Positions 19,651 to 29,936 are shown, numbered from the stretch's first letter. The stretch is DNA of 64,000 nt from Deltaproteobacteria bacterium (GCA_016874755.1 VGTH01000022.1:19421-83420); one strand, 5' to 3'. A program made the numbers and translations. The notes: a model not told the origin generated them from the letters alone.

Positions 19651-20865
19651 TTAGCTAATGCCTTTGGCCTTGCGCACGCTTTCGATCAGCGAGGTGCGCA
19701 GTAGAAATTGCTTGTGTCGCTTGGGGTCTTCGGCAATCGCGCGCAGCTCATCAAAGCGCGCCTGGCGCGCGCTCGGGTCTTTTTCTTCCAACCGCTTTTT
19801 ATTGTTGATGGTCTGCTCCTGGACGAACTCGATATTGAGCGTGCGCCGGCGCCGCTCGTAGCGATCCAGTAGCGATCGATCGGCGCCGTTGCGCTCGACT
19901 TCGATCAACGTCTCGACCAGCTCCATAGCGTCGTGAATGCCGCCGTTCAAACCCAGGCCGCCTACCGTATTGTTCACGTGGGCCGAGTCGCCGGCGAGAA
20001 AGGCTCGCCCTTTGCGAAATTTCACCGCTACGCGTTGATGAACTTTATAGAGGTTCTTGTGCATCAAGCGATAGCCCTTGGGCAACGGGCAAATGCGTTC
20101 CAAGCGGCGATAGGCGGATTCGTCGCTGAGCGCTTCGGCGTCAGTTTCTTCAGGCCGCGTCGGACACACCGCGCGCCAGCGGCCTTTGCCGTCATCGCCC
20201 GCTACTTTGAATAAGTTCGTCCACTCGTCGGGATCGGCCATGTAGTTGCGGTAGCACGATCCGGTTAGGATCTGCTGAAAATCGTCGCGTACGGTCAAAA
20301 CCAGAAATTGCTCGGGCCAGGTGTAACCTTCGAACTCGATATCGAGTGCCTTGCGCACGACGCTGCGGCCACCATCGGCGCCGATTAAATAGTCGCCTTC
20401 GATGGACTCAGTGCCGTGGGGTCCGTTGACGGTGGCCGTCACTCGGGCATCGGTTTGCGACAAGTCGGTCAGTTGCGTGTTCATGCGAATTTGCACGTGG
20501 CCATATTGGGTTAATTTCTTTAGTCCCATGTTACATAGCTTGTGCTGCTCGGTCTGCACAACGAAGGGAAACTCGGTCTCGCCACGCAACAGCTCGTGAT
20601 CGAATTCGGTAATCTTAGTTCGCTTCGCTTTGTCCCAGAACTGAAAGTAGCGCGCCACCAAGCCTTCGGCGATGAACTGATCGATCAAGCCGACCCGCGC
20701 GATCATGGCCAGCGTCGAAGGATGGGTGGTCGCCGCCCTTGGGTTGTCATCGATCTTCGCTTCAGCTTCGAGCAGCGTCACGGAAAAATCGTTTTGCGCG
20801 CACGCCAGCGCGGCCACGACGCCAACCGGCCCGGCACCGGCAATAATGATATGAGGAGATTTCAT
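19651..20865 (-). CDS. FAD-dependent monooxygenase (MhpA/UbiH-like)
   Basis: GAGPVG, GADGGRS-x-VR, LAGDSAH, GLNGGIHDA. Confidence 0.9.
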   Translation of the reverse strand: MKSPHIIIAGAGPVGVVAALACAQNDFSVTLLEAEAKIDDNPRAATTHPSTLAMIARVGLIDQFIAEGLVARYFQFWDKAKRTKITEFDHELLRGETEFPFVVQTEQHKLCNMGLKKLTQYGHVQIRMNTQLTDLSQTDARVTATVNGPHGTESIEGDYLIGADGGRSVVRKALDIEFEGYTWPEQFLVLTVRDDFQQILTGSCYRNYMADPDEWTNLFKVAGDDGKGRWRAVCPTRPEETDAEALSDESAYRRLERICPLPKGYRLMHKNLYKVHQRVAVKFRKGRAFLAGDSAHVNNTVGGLGLNGGIHDAMELVETLIEVERNGADRSLLDRYERRRRTLNIEFVQEQTINNKKRLEEKDPSARQARFDELRAIAEDPKRHKQFLLRTSLIESVRKAKGIS

Positions 20866-21412
20866 TTCAATCGGCCTTCTATTTCTCTGCAGTGGTAGTG
20901 GCATTGGCCTCGACAATGCTCGTGTCAAATAGCATGCCGCCCGACGGGTAGAGCTACTCCATCAAGTATTGGCCCGACAACTCCGTTAACAGCGGACCCG
21001 CCTTCGTTGACGGCCAAAGTTTTCACGACAATCAACGTCGGCGCCAGCGAGAACGAACAACATGTCGCAAAGCGGACATGGGAACCATTTCGGACTTTTT
21101 CATGAACAATTTCAACTGCGAAACGGTTCTTTCTGACCTCGTCGATGAACTCTAGATGGGTTTTTCAGCAGAGTCTAATATTCTGTTACGACGTCGTCGG
21201 ATCCGGCAGCACCGTGCCGCACTTCTTGCACGTGCGCAGCTCTTGGTTGGCGTTAAACGCCGCGGCAACTTTTACCATCCCCGCCGACAAGCTTAGGCAG
21301 GATGGAAACAGACGGTTCGGTGAATTCAGGGCTAAAATTGTGTTGAGAGAAAACCCGATGAATGAATGAGATCCCTGGTGATTTCGTGCCTGGGACATTA
21401 CGCGACTTCGGC

Positions 21413-21835
21413 TTATCGGTGACCGAGTGCGAACACCCGCAAATACGCCCGCAGCTCGTCGCGCACGCGGCGAAACAGCGCTAACCGTTTTTGCTCGGTT
21501 CCGTCAAGCGCTGCCGGATCGGTGAAATCATGATGCAGCTTCTGCGCTTTGCCCAAAAACACTGGGCAGGATTCGCGCGCGTTGTCGCAAACCGTGATGA
21601 CGTAGTCGAAGGTTTGGCCATGAAACACATCGACATGTTTCGAGCGATGCGCCGAGATGTCGATATTGAGCTCGGCCATGACTGCGATCGCTTCCGGTCG
21701 CACGACGCTCGGCCGGGTGCCGGCGCTGGCTACTGCGAAACGCTCGCCGGCATCGTGGCGCAATAATCCCTCGGCCATTTGGCTGCGCGCCGAATTGCCG
21801 GTGCAAAGTATCAGGACACGTTTTTTGACGCTCAT
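21413..21835 (-). CDS. arsC: Arsenate reductase ArsC (LMW-PTP fold)
   Basis: CTGNSARSQMAEG, VITVCD...CP, DPA...FRRVRDE. Confidence 0.88.
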   Translation of the reverse strand: MSVKKRVLILCTGNSARSQMAEGLLRHDAGERFAVASAGTRPSVVRPEAIAVMAELNIDISAHRSKHVDVFHGQTFDYVITVCDNARESCPVFLGKAQKLHHDFTDPAALDGTEQKRLALFRRVRDELRAYLRVFALGHR

Positions 21836-22003
21836 GGTTTGGCGATGGGCTGAGAAATAGGTGATACAGCGGCGGCAACTTCCTTCGGACACGCGGGCAC
21901 CAGCCAGCGCAACACAAACGTCGCCGCCGCTGCGCCGAGGAGCTGCATCACGACAAAGCCAGCTGCATCGGCGCGCCGCATGCCTGCGAACGTATCGCTG
22001 GCA
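21832..22003 (-). pseudogene. 3' remnant of an ars-associated aquaporin (MIP/AqpS-like)
   Basis: ASDTFAGMRRADAAGFVVMQLLGAAAATFVLRWL resembles the post-NPA C-terminus of ars-operon MIPs; stop overlaps arsC start (ATGA); N-terminal part absent. Confidence 0.7.
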
Positions 22004-22076
22004 AAGCTTTCACGCAACAATTATGCTTTCTTGCCGATGCCGTGATTGCCAAGACGGCGGTGCATTTAATAGATTC

Positions 22077-22093
22077 GTAACGTCCTTGTAACA
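22077..22093 (+). promoter_or_regulatory. Putative Pho box upstream of ppk1
   Basis: GTAAC-N6-GTAAC direct repeat, 11-bp period. Confidence 0.55.
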
Positions 22094-22118
22094 CAACGAT
22101 GATTAATTTTTTGGCACT

Positions 22119-24218
22119 ATGGATTCTTTAACCGACCCCGTTGCGGGCGAGAGCCTTTTCATCAACCGCGAGCTTTCGTGGTTGGAGTTCAATCGCCGGG
22201 TGCTCGAAGAGGCCAAAGACGACTCGGTGCCGCTGCTCGAGCGCATCAAGTTTCTCGCGATTTTTAGCTCCAACCTCGATGAGTTCTTCATGGTTCGCGT
22301 CGCTCGGCTGATGAGACGGGTCCACGACGGCGATCGGCGCCCCGGGCCCGACGGCCTCACCCCCGCCGAGACCCTCACGGCGATGGCGAAGTTGGCGCAC
22401 GAGTTGGTCGATGAGCAGCACCAGTGTTTTCTCGACACGATCTTGCCGCGGCTCACCTATGAAGGCATTTATCTTTGCCGTCCCAAAGAAATGACCGCCG
22501 AACAGGGGCGTTTTCTCGAGGATTATTTTCTCGGCACGCTCTACCCGATTGTCACGCCGTTGGCGATCGACCCGGGCCATCCGTTCCCTTACCTGGCCAA
22601 TCGCTCGCTCTGTCTGGTGGTCTCGCTGCGCGCGGCGATCGCCTCGCGCCTACCCCACACCGATTTGTCCATCGTCCATATTCCCACCCACGTCGCGCCG
22701 CGCTTTATTGCGCTGCCAACCGTTGAGGGCCAACACGCCTTCGTTTTGTTGGAGGATGTGCTGCGCCATTATTTGCCGCGGCTCTATCAGGGCTTTGAAA
22801 TACTTTCCTGCCACGCGATCCGCGTCACCCGCGACGCCGATTTCGGCCTGACGCGCCGGCGCGACGAAGATTTGATGATGCTCATCGAAAAGGGCATTCG
22901 CAAGCGGCGCATGGGCGATGCGGTGCGCTTGCAATACGATCGCGACATGCCGATGGCCATCGTCAACCAGCTGGTCGACGAGTTGGACCTCAGCCCGGCA
23001 AGCCTCTACCCCGGCGAAGGGTTCACCGCGTTCACCGACCTGCTCCAGCTCTACAACGCGCTCAACATTCCGCGTCTGCGCGACCGGCCGCAGCCGCCGC
23101 TGCCAGTGCCGTCCTTCGAACACGCCGCCGATCTATGGAGCGCGATTCGAGCGCGCGACGTGCTGGTGTTTCACCCCTATCAGTCGTTCGACACCGTGAC
23201 CCGCTTTGTCGACGAGGCGGCCAGCGATCCCAAGGTCCTGGCGATCAAGATGACGCTTTATCGCGTCAGTCCGACTTCGCCGATTGCGCCGGCGCTGCGG
23301 CGCGCCGCCGAGGCGGGCAAAGAAGTTTCGGTGTTGGTGGAATTGCAAGCGCGCTTCGATGAGGAAGCCAACATTACCTGGGCACGCGCCCTGGAAGACG
23401 TCGGCGCCCACGTGGTTTATGGCATGGTCGGCTACAAGACTCACTGCAAGATCTGTCTCGTGGTGCGCCAGGAAGCCGACGGCATACGGCGCTACTGTCA
23501 TCTCGCCACCGGCAACTACAACGTGCGCACCGCCGGAGTGTACAGCGATCTCGGCCTGTTCACTTGCCGTGAGAGCTTCGCCCAGGATCTTACCGAGCTG
23601 TTTAACTTACTGACCGGCTACACCCGGCCGCAAAAATTCAACCACATCTTGCTTGCACCGCTGGGCCTGCGCGAGCATTTCATCAATTGCATTCGCGGCG
23701 AAGCCGACCATGCGCGCGCCGGCCGGCCGGCGCGCATCATCGCCAAGGTGAACAGCCTGATCGACCCGGCGATTATCGACGAGCTCTACCGCGCCAGCCA
23801 GGCGGGCGTGCAGATCGACCTGATCGTGCGCGGCATGTGCAGCCTGCGCCCGCGGCTGGTGGGAGTGTCGGAGCATATCGAAGTCGTCTCGATCATCGAC
23901 CGCTATCTCGAGCACGCCCGGGTTTTCTATTTTCACGACGACAACGATCCGAAGTATTGGCTCGCCTCAGCAGACTGGATGGAGCGTAATTTCGATCGCC
24001 GTTTGGAGATCGCCTTTCCCGTGCTCGACCTGCAGCATCAGGCAAGGTTAAAAGAGATTCTCGAAGTGCAGCTGAGCGATTGCCTCAAGAGCTGGCGTCT
24101 GCAGCCCGACGGTACGTGGCGCCGCTCGCCGCCCTGCGGCACGAGGCTGGTTCGTTCTCAGGAAAAACTTTACGAGCTCACCCGCAGCGCCGCCAACGGC
24201 TCGGTCACGCCGTCTTGA
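22119..24218 (+). CDS. ppk1: Polyphosphate kinase 1
   Basis: NRELSWLEFN, NLDEFFMVRVA, HPFP, IKMTLYR, ARFDEEANI, KTHCK, TGNYN, LEHAR, SADWM. Confidence 0.97.
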   Translation: MDSLTDPVAGESLFINRELSWLEFNRRVLEEAKDDSVPLLERIKFLAIFSSNLDEFFMVRVARLMRRVHDGDRRPGPDGLTPAETLTAMAKLAHELVDEQHQCFLDTILPRLTYEGIYLCRPKEMTAEQGRFLEDYFLGTLYPIVTPLAIDPGHPFPYLANRSLCLVVSLRAAIASRLPHTDLSIVHIPTHVAPRFIALPTVEGQHAFVLLEDVLRHYLPRLYQGFEILSCHAIRVTRDADFGLTRRRDEDLMMLIEKGIRKRRMGDAVRLQYDRDMPMAIVNQLVDELDLSPASLYPGEGFTAFTDLLQLYNALNIPRLRDRPQPPLPVPSFEHAADLWSAIRARDVLVFHPYQSFDTVTRFVDEAASDPKVLAIKMTLYRVSPTSPIAPALRRAAEAGKEVSVLVELQARFDEEANITWARALEDVGAHVVYGMVGYKTHCKICLVVRQEADGIRRYCHLATGNYNVRTAGVYSDLGLFTCRESFAQDLTELFNLLTGYTRPQKFNHILLAPLGLREHFINCIRGEADHARAGRPARIIAKVNSLIDPAIIDELYRASQAGVQIDLIVRGMCSLRPRLVGVSEHIEVVSIIDRYLEHARVFYFHDDNDPKYWLASADWMERNFDRRLEIAFPVLDLQHQARLKEILEVQLSDCLKSWRLQPDGTWRRSPPCGTRLVRSQEKLYELTRSAANGSVTPS

Positions 24219-24260
24219 GCAAATAGTTCCCACCCGGGGTTGGTATAGGTAAAAAGCTTT

Positions 24261-25805
24261 ATGCTCGAACATTTCGCCGTCATCGACGTGGGCAGCAACG
24301 CGCTGCGCTTTCAGTTAGCGAGTGTGCCGCAGCCCAAGCGCTATCGGGTTCTCGAACAAGACCGATTGCCCGTGCGCCTGGGCTACCAGGTCTTTCAAAC
24401 CGGCCAGCTCGACAGCCGCGCGGCGGAGCAAGCGCTCACGGCCCTCGCGAAATTCAAAGCCACCGCAGACCGTTACCGAGTCAAAGCGCTGCGTGCCGTC
24501 GGCACCAGCGCGTTGCGCGAAGCCAGCGACGCCAAAGCTTTTACCGACCGGGTGAGAAAACTCGGCGTCCACCTTGAAGTGATCTCGGAAGCCGAAGAGG
24601 CGCGGCTGATCTCGCTCGGCATCATGAGCGGCTTACAGTTTCATTTGCCGCTCGGACTATTTGTCGACATCGGCGGCGGCAGCGTTGAGATGGCGGTGGC
24701 CAACGCCAGCAGCAATTATTGTTTGTTCAGCTTGCCGCTCGGCGCCGTGCGCATAACCGAGCGTTTTTTGCAGGAAGATCCGCCGCGGCGCAAAGGCATC
24801 AAACATCTGCGCTACCACGTCGAAGAGACGCTGCAGGACGTCGTCAAGCGCATCCGCAAAGAAAAGTTCACGATGGCCTTCGGCAGCGGCGGCACTTTGA
24901 CCACCTTGGCCGAGACCGACGCGCGCCTGGCCGGCGACAGCAAGATCGGCTCGCTGGCGGTGCTGCGCCGGCCGCGCTTAAAGACCTTGATCGAAATCTT
25001 AATGCAGCAGCCGGCCGCCGAGCGCGCCAGGTTAATCAGCGGCGATCCGAAGCGCGCCGACATCATCGTCGCCGGCGCTTTAGTCCTGCATGAGATCATG
25101 GTTCAGGCGGAGCTCGATTATCTCTTCGTCTCCAAGCGCGGCCTGCGCGACGGCGTCATGGTCGATCTGCTGCGCAAGAAATACGGCGAGAGCGCGCCCT
25201 GGCAGCAGGAAAGCGAGCGCGCTCAATCGGTGGAGCAGGTGTTTCAGAAATACGACGGCGGCGCCGTCCACTCGGCCCACGTCAGCCAACTCGCGCTCAG
25301 TCTATTTTATCAGCTGCAGCCGCTCCATAAGCTCGGCGAAAAAGATGCCGGCATCCTTCACGCCGCCGCGATGCTGCATGACATCGGCCACTTCATCACC
25401 CAGAAAAAGCATCACAAGCACTCTTACTATCTGATCAAAAGCTCCGGCCTCGAATCCTTCAACAAGCTGGAGCTCGAGCTGGTGGCCAACATCGCCCGCT
25501 ATCATCGCAAAGCCCACCCGAGCCCCAAGCACTTGGGCTTTAGCCAGCTATCGCCGGACAACCAGGACGTGGTGCGCAAATTGAGCGCAGTCCTGCGCGT
25601 CGCCGACGCGCTCGACTTCAAGCGCGCCCAAGCGGTGAAGTCGGTGGCCTGCGCCTACCACGGCGGCAAAGTGATCGACATCGCCTGCAGCGCCGCGGAA
25701 AATGTCAGCGATGAAATTCATTGGGCTTTGCAGAAAGGCAAGCTGATCGAAGAAGTTTTCGACGTCAAGCTATCGTTGAACCGCGCCAAACCACGCAGTT
25801 TGTAA
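24261..25805 (+). CDS. ppx: Exopolyphosphatase Ppx/GppA with C-terminal HD domain
   Basis: IDVGSN, TSALREA, DIGGGSVE, GLRDG, LHDIG. Confidence 0.93.
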   Translation: MLEHFAVIDVGSNALRFQLASVPQPKRYRVLEQDRLPVRLGYQVFQTGQLDSRAAEQALTALAKFKATADRYRVKALRAVGTSALREASDAKAFTDRVRKLGVHLEVISEAEEARLISLGIMSGLQFHLPLGLFVDIGGGSVEMAVANASSNYCLFSLPLGAVRITERFLQEDPPRRKGIKHLRYHVEETLQDVVKRIRKEKFTMAFGSGGTLTTLAETDARLAGDSKIGSLAVLRRPRLKTLIEILMQQPAAERARLISGDPKRADIIVAGALVLHEIMVQAELDYLFVSKRGLRDGVMVDLLRKKYGESAPWQQESERAQSVEQVFQKYDGGAVHSAHVSQLALSLFYQLQPLHKLGEKDAGILHAAAMLHDIGHFITQKKHHKHSYYLIKSSGLESFNKLELELVANIARYHRKAHPSPKHLGFSQLSPDNQDVVRKLSAVLRVADALDFKRAQAVKSVACAYHGGKVIDIACSAAENVSDEIHWALQKGKLIEEVFDVKLSLNRAKPRSL

Positions 25806-25878
25806 GCAACGCTAACGGAGGGGCTCACCGTTCATGGACTATTGGCGCAACGTCAGCTGAGAGTTACGCTATTGGCAG

Positions 25879-26397
25879 ATGAACTTGTTTTTTCTGCGCC
25901 ACGGCAGCGCCATCGAGCACGGCGATCCGCGCGTCGAGAGCGACACGGAGCGCTTCCTCACGCCCAAAGGGATCAAGCGCCTGCGCCAAGCGGCGCGCGG
26001 CATGCGCGCGCTCGGTCTGTCCTTCGACGCCATTCTGACGAGCCCGGCCGTGCGCGCGCGCCAGACCGCACAGATCGTCGCGGTCGCGCTCAAGATCGCG
26101 GCCGAGCCACGGGAAATGATGGACTTGGCACCGGAGAGCACGGTGGAGCATCTGATCTTTGGTTTGAGCCGGCTGCCGGCGCAAGACAATTTGCTGCTCG
26201 TCGGCCATGAACCGCTGTTGACGCAAGCCTGTTCATTCTTATTGGCGCTTGAAAGAGATCAGAGCCTGAACCTCACGCTCAAAAAGGCGGGCCTATGCCA
26301 CCTCGAAGTCGATCACCTTCCGCCCTCCGAACCGGCAACGCTGCATTTTTGGCTGACGCCAAAACAGCTGCGCCAACTGGGCGAGACAAAAAAGTAA
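25879..26397 (+). CDS. sixA: Phosphohistidine phosphatase SixA
   Basis: LRHGSA, SPAVRARQTA, LVGHEP. Confidence 0.9.
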   Translation: MNLFFLRHGSAIEHGDPRVESDTERFLTPKGIKRLRQAARGMRALGLSFDAILTSPAVRARQTAQIVAVALKIAAEPREMMDLAPESTVEHLIFGLSRLPAQDNLLLVGHEPLLTQACSFLLALERDQSLNLTLKKAGLCHLEVDHLPPSEPATLHFWLTPKQLRQLGETKK

Positions 26398-27299
26398 CCC
26401 GGCGCAAGCCCGACACAAAGCCAGCGCGCGCAGAGACCGACGCCCTCGGCAAGTTGGCGCACAAGCGGCTCGGCGATTTCGCCGCCCTGTTCGCTCAAGC
26501 GATGATTGCCGACGATCCGAAAACTGTCCACGACCTGCGCGTTGCCAGCCGGCGCCTGCAGCAACTGTTGCGCGCTCTGCACTCTGTCAAGAACAAGAAA
26601 CCGGCGAAAAAGGCCGGCGATTTTTTGCGCGCGCTGCGCCAGGCCCTTGGGCCGCTGCGCAACCTGGACGTGATGGCAGAAATGGCGGCAGCCCGCGCCC
26701 AAGCTGGCCACAGCGCGGCGACCCGCGGCACTTGGCTGGGAATTGCGTCGGCCATTGAGAAAGAGCGCGCCGAGGAAAACGCGCGCGCCCGCGAAGCGAT
26801 GAAGGATTTCGATTTGACCGGCTTTCTCGACCGCATGACGCGCACGCTGCACAGTCGGTCGGCCCAGGACTCGGATGCGAAAGACTTGCAAGAGACTACC
26901 GAGCGCCGTTTCCAGTCATGGAGCGATGCGTTGAGCCAGGTCGTTACGGAGCCCACAGTGAAACGCCTGCACGCCTTGCGCATCGCCGGCAAGCGGCTGC
27001 GCTACTCCATCGAGCTGCGCGCCGCAGTGAGCGACGGCACGTTAAAACCGCTGGCGCAATCGCTGGCCAAGCTGCAGGACAACCTCGGCGCCTGGCACGA
27101 CGTGCACACGCTGATGCAGTACGTCGACGCCTATCTCAATCAGAAAGAACTCCGCGCCGAACGTGCCGGCGAAAGCCGCGCACTCCTTTCTGAGGTGGAG
27201 CGCGAGCAAAAACGCGGTCAAACCCAGGCCGACGAAGCGATCGCCGCAGCCCAGTCGCTGCGCAACAGTTGGCCGATCAAGTCCGACCCTGCTGCGTAG
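26295..27299 (+). CDS. CHAD-domain polyphosphate-binding protein (start uncertain)
   Basis: VHDLRVASRRL, LHALRIAGKRLRY, LQDNLG-x-WHD. Confidence 0.88.
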   Translation: MPPRSRSPSALRTGNAAFLADAKTAAPTGRDKKVTRRKPDTKPARAETDALGKLAHKRLGDFAALFAQAMIADDPKTVHDLRVASRRLQQLLRALHSVKNKKPAKKAGDFLRALRQALGPLRNLDVMAEMAAARAQAGHSAATRGTWLGIASAIEKERAEENARAREAMKDFDLTGFLDRMTRTLHSRSAQDSDAKDLQETTERRFQSWSDALSQVVTEPTVKRLHALRIAGKRLRYSIELRAAVSDGTLKPLAQSLAKLQDNLGAWHDVHTLMQYVDAYLNQKELRAERAGESRALLSEVEREQKRGQTQADEAIAAAQSLRNSWPIKSDPAA

Positions 27300-27371
27300 G
27301 ATGGGTTGAGGGTAGCGATACCCATCGTCTCAACACTGTGGGTATCGGCGAAACGCCTCAATCCACCCTAC
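27296..27371. repeat. GTAG-type REP pair (REPIN-like)
   Basis: GTAGGATGGGTTGAGG...CCCATC ... CCTCAATCCACCCTAC inverted pair. Confidence 0.65.
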
Positions 27372-27446
27372 GCTCAATCAAAAGCCTCCGCGGGTCTCCC
27401 CCGCAAGCTCTTCATTATATTGATCCAGAACAAATTTATCCGGCAG

Positions 27447-27606
27447 TTCACCGAAGCTTCACGCGCCGTTAACAAATCTTCTTTGCCTTCGCGTCGAAAA
27501 AGTAAAACTGACTTTCACAAAGCAGCCCTTCAAGGAGGTGAAGAACAGCTTCAAGTAGAGATCGGTAGTTCATCAACGATTCATGTGGGCGAAACACAGT
27601 TGTAAC
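27447..27606 (+). promoter_or_regulatory. Putative Pho-box arrays upstream of pstS
   Basis: TTCAC/TTCAC/TTAAC at 27447/27458/27469 and TTCAT/TTCAT/GAAAC/GTAAC at 27569/27580/27591/27602, each with 11-bp period. Confidence 0.65.
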
Positions 27607-27644
27607 AAAGCAAACCTATTTTTTGACAAGGAGGAAATAACCAG

Positions 27645-28631
27645 ATGAAGAATACAATTTTAGCGTTTGGGTTGGCCGCCGGCTTAGGGTTCAGCTCCTA
27701 CGCGCGGGCGCAGATTGTTCAAGTCGACGGATCGAGCACGGTGTCTCCGGTCACGGAAGCGGTGGCGGAAGAATTTCAGAAAGCCAAGAAGGGCAAGGTG
27801 AAAGTCACCGTCGGCATCGCCGGCACCGGCGGCGGCTTCAAAAAATTCTGCCGCGGCGAAACCGACGTCAGCAACGCTTCGCGGCCGATCTTGAAACAGG
27901 AAATCGCAGCCTGCAAAGGCAGCGGCGTTGAGTTCATCGAGCTGCCGGTGGCCTATGACGCGCTTACTATTATCGTCAACCCGAAAAACGACTGGGTTAA
28001 ATCACTGACAGTGGCTGACCTCAAGAAGATGTGGGAACCGGGCGCTCAAGGGAAAGTGACCAACTGGAATCAGGTCCGTTCTGAATGGCCGAATGCGCCG
28101 CTCAAGCTTTTCGGTCCTGGCGCCGATTCCGGCACCTTTGACTATTTCACCGAAGCGATCGTCGGCAAGGCCAAATCGAGCCGCGGCGACTTCACCGCCA
28201 GCGAAGACGACAACGTGCTGGTGCAAGGCGTCGCCAACGACCGCAATGCGCTCGGCTACTTTGGTTTCGCCTACTACGTCGAAAACCAAAAGAAACTCAA
28301 AGGCGTTGCCATCGACGGCGGCAAGGGGCCCGTAGCGCCTTCCGCAAAAGCGGTCGAGGACGGCAGCTACCAGCCGCTCTCCCGACCCATCTTCATCTAC
28401 GTCAGCAAAAAGGCCATGGACAGCAAACCGGAAGTGAGGGAGTTCGTTGAGTTCTCCCTCAAAGAAGCCCCCAAGCTCGTGCCGCAGGTCAAGTATGTTG
28501 CCCTTCCGGCTAAAGCCTACAGCATCGGCATGGACCATCTGAAAAAGAATAAGACCGGCACCGTGTTTGACGGCACCGCCGAGATCGGCGTCAAGATCGA
28601 AGATCTCCTGAAGCGCGAAGCCAGACTCTAA
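27645..28631 (+). CDS. pstS: Phosphate ABC transporter substrate-binding protein PstS
   Basis: [45 protein letters not shown]. Confidence 0.95.
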   Translation: MKNTILAFGLAAGLGFSSYARAQIVQVDGSSTVSPVTEAVAEEFQKAKKGKVKVTVGIAGTGGGFKKFCRGETDVSNASRPILKQEIAACKGSGVEFIELPVAYDALTIIVNPKNDWVKSLTVADLKKMWEPGAQGKVTNWNQVRSEWPNAPLKLFGPGADSGTFDYFTEAIVGKAKSSRGDFTASEDDNVLVQGVANDRNALGYFGFAYYVENQKKLKGVAIDGGKGPVAPSAKAVEDGSYQPLSRPIFIYVSKKAMDSKPEVREFVEFSLKEAPKLVPQVKYVALPAKAYSIGMDHLKKNKTGTVFDGTAEIGVKIEDLLKREARL

Positions 28632-28651
28632 CCGTCAGGGCGCGCCGCGAG

Positions 28652-28688
28652 GCAGGGGCCGAGCCGGCTCCTGCTTCTATTATTTATT
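28652..28688 (+). terminator. Hairpin after pstS
   Basis: GCAGGGGCCG-AGC-CGGCTCCTGC followed by a T-rich tract. Confidence 0.5.
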
Positions 28689-28725
28689 GAGTCAAAACTT
28701 ACAGGACGTTCGTGCCACCCTTCAA

Positions 28726-28830
28726 ACGATCAGCCGGGCGATCAAGATCAGCTCGATTTCGAAGTACATCGAGCGCATCGCCGACCACGCGACCAACATC
28801 GCCGAGCTGGTGGTCTTTATGGTCAAGGGC
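28726..28830 (+). pseudogene. phoU: C-terminal fragment of PhoU
   Basis: Manual translation TISRAIKISSISKYIERIADHATNIAELVVFMVKG (ERIADH-x-TNIAE motif); the rest of the gene is missing. Confidence 0.85.
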
Positions 28831-29181
28831 AACGAGCGGCCCGCCTACCAGTAAGGTGAGCTGAAAATCGATTATACCACCTACGAAGTTTCAGTCGCCG
28901 GCAGGCCGGTCAAACTGACCCTAAAAGAGTTCGAACTGCTGCGTTTCCTCGTCCAGAATCCCAACCGGGTGTTGAACCGCGATCAACTATTGGATCGCGT
29001 TTGGGGCGGCGACACGTTCGTCACGCCGCGCACAGTCGACGTGCATATTAGGCGTCTGCGCAAAGCCATTGAACAAGACGACAGTAATCCAAAATGGATT
29101 TCGACGCTGCGCGGCGTGGGCTACAAGTTCGATGAGAGGACGCTGGAGGAGCCGCTTCGCGACGAATCCCACCACCGGTAG
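28831..29181 (+). pseudogene. C-terminal winged-helix fragment of a PhoB/OmpR-family regulator with in-frame stop
   Basis: NERPAYQ*GELKID...LTLKEFELL...RTVDVHIRRLR...TLRGVGYKF; TAA at 28852-28854; no receiver domain. Confidence 0.85.
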
Positions 29182-29405
29182 TAATGCCATTCAAGGAGCT
29201 TTCTAGGAATTATTTTGATTTGTGAGAGCCTACCGAACATCTACTACAATTTTTACCGCCAATAACGATTTTCCCTCTTGAAAGTTAGTGCAAGAGTCGA
29301 TAAGACTTTCTCCACTTTGGGCCCGGTTTCGCTTTAGGGTGCAAAGAATACAACGGGAGAACATCTAGCCATGGCATCCCCCCCGCAACGGATCCGATTC
29401 TAACG

Positions 29406-29924
29406 TTGGCTAAGCTGATCGCCGAGGAAACGCGCATCAACGAGAAGATCCGCGATACTCAAGCTGCGTTGACTCTTGTCAAGAAGAAGATTTCCGAATC
29501 GCTAGTACAAAACTACACGAGCCAGGGTCCGCGAATACACATGCCGGAGGATCTTATGAACGAAGAACAATCCTACGAACGACTGCTGCAAGCTCTGCAG
29601 GACATGAAAAACGAGATCGCCAAGCAAATTCGGCCGGTCGAAGAGCAAATCATTCACGCCAACCGCGAGCACATTCGCGTCTCTTTTACCCAGGAAAGCC
29701 AACGGCTGCACAAGTGTCTCGAACAAATCGATAACAACATCTTGGCTTGCCGCCAAGCTTTGGATGAATACAACAGCATCCGCTCGGGCCTGTCGGGCTT
29801 AAATGAAAAGCTCACCCAAGTGGGCTCGCCGGTGATGGAAATCCCTGACAGCCTGCAGAGCCAAGACCTGGCGGAAATCGTCCAATCACGCCTCGACCAT
29901 CTCAAAGCGCACGGTAAGATCTAA
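29406..29924 (+). CDS. Hypothetical coiled-coil protein
   Basis: 172-aa helical, charged ORF followed by a hairpin; no family recognised. Confidence 0.6.
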   Translation: MAKLIAEETRINEKIRDTQAALTLVKKKISESLVQNYTSQGPRIHMPEDLMNEEQSYERLLQALQDMKNEIAKQIRPVEEQIIHANREHIRVSFTQESQRLHKCLEQIDNNILACRQALDEYNSIRSGLSGLNEKLTQVGSPVMEIPDSLQSQDLAEIVQSRLDHLKAHGKI

Positions 29925-29936
29925 TCTTCAGCCAAG

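Noticed and set aside
28852..28854. Programmed readthrough or recoding in the phoU/phoB frame
   Set aside because: The stop is TAA and both parts are truncated; pseudogenisation is simpler
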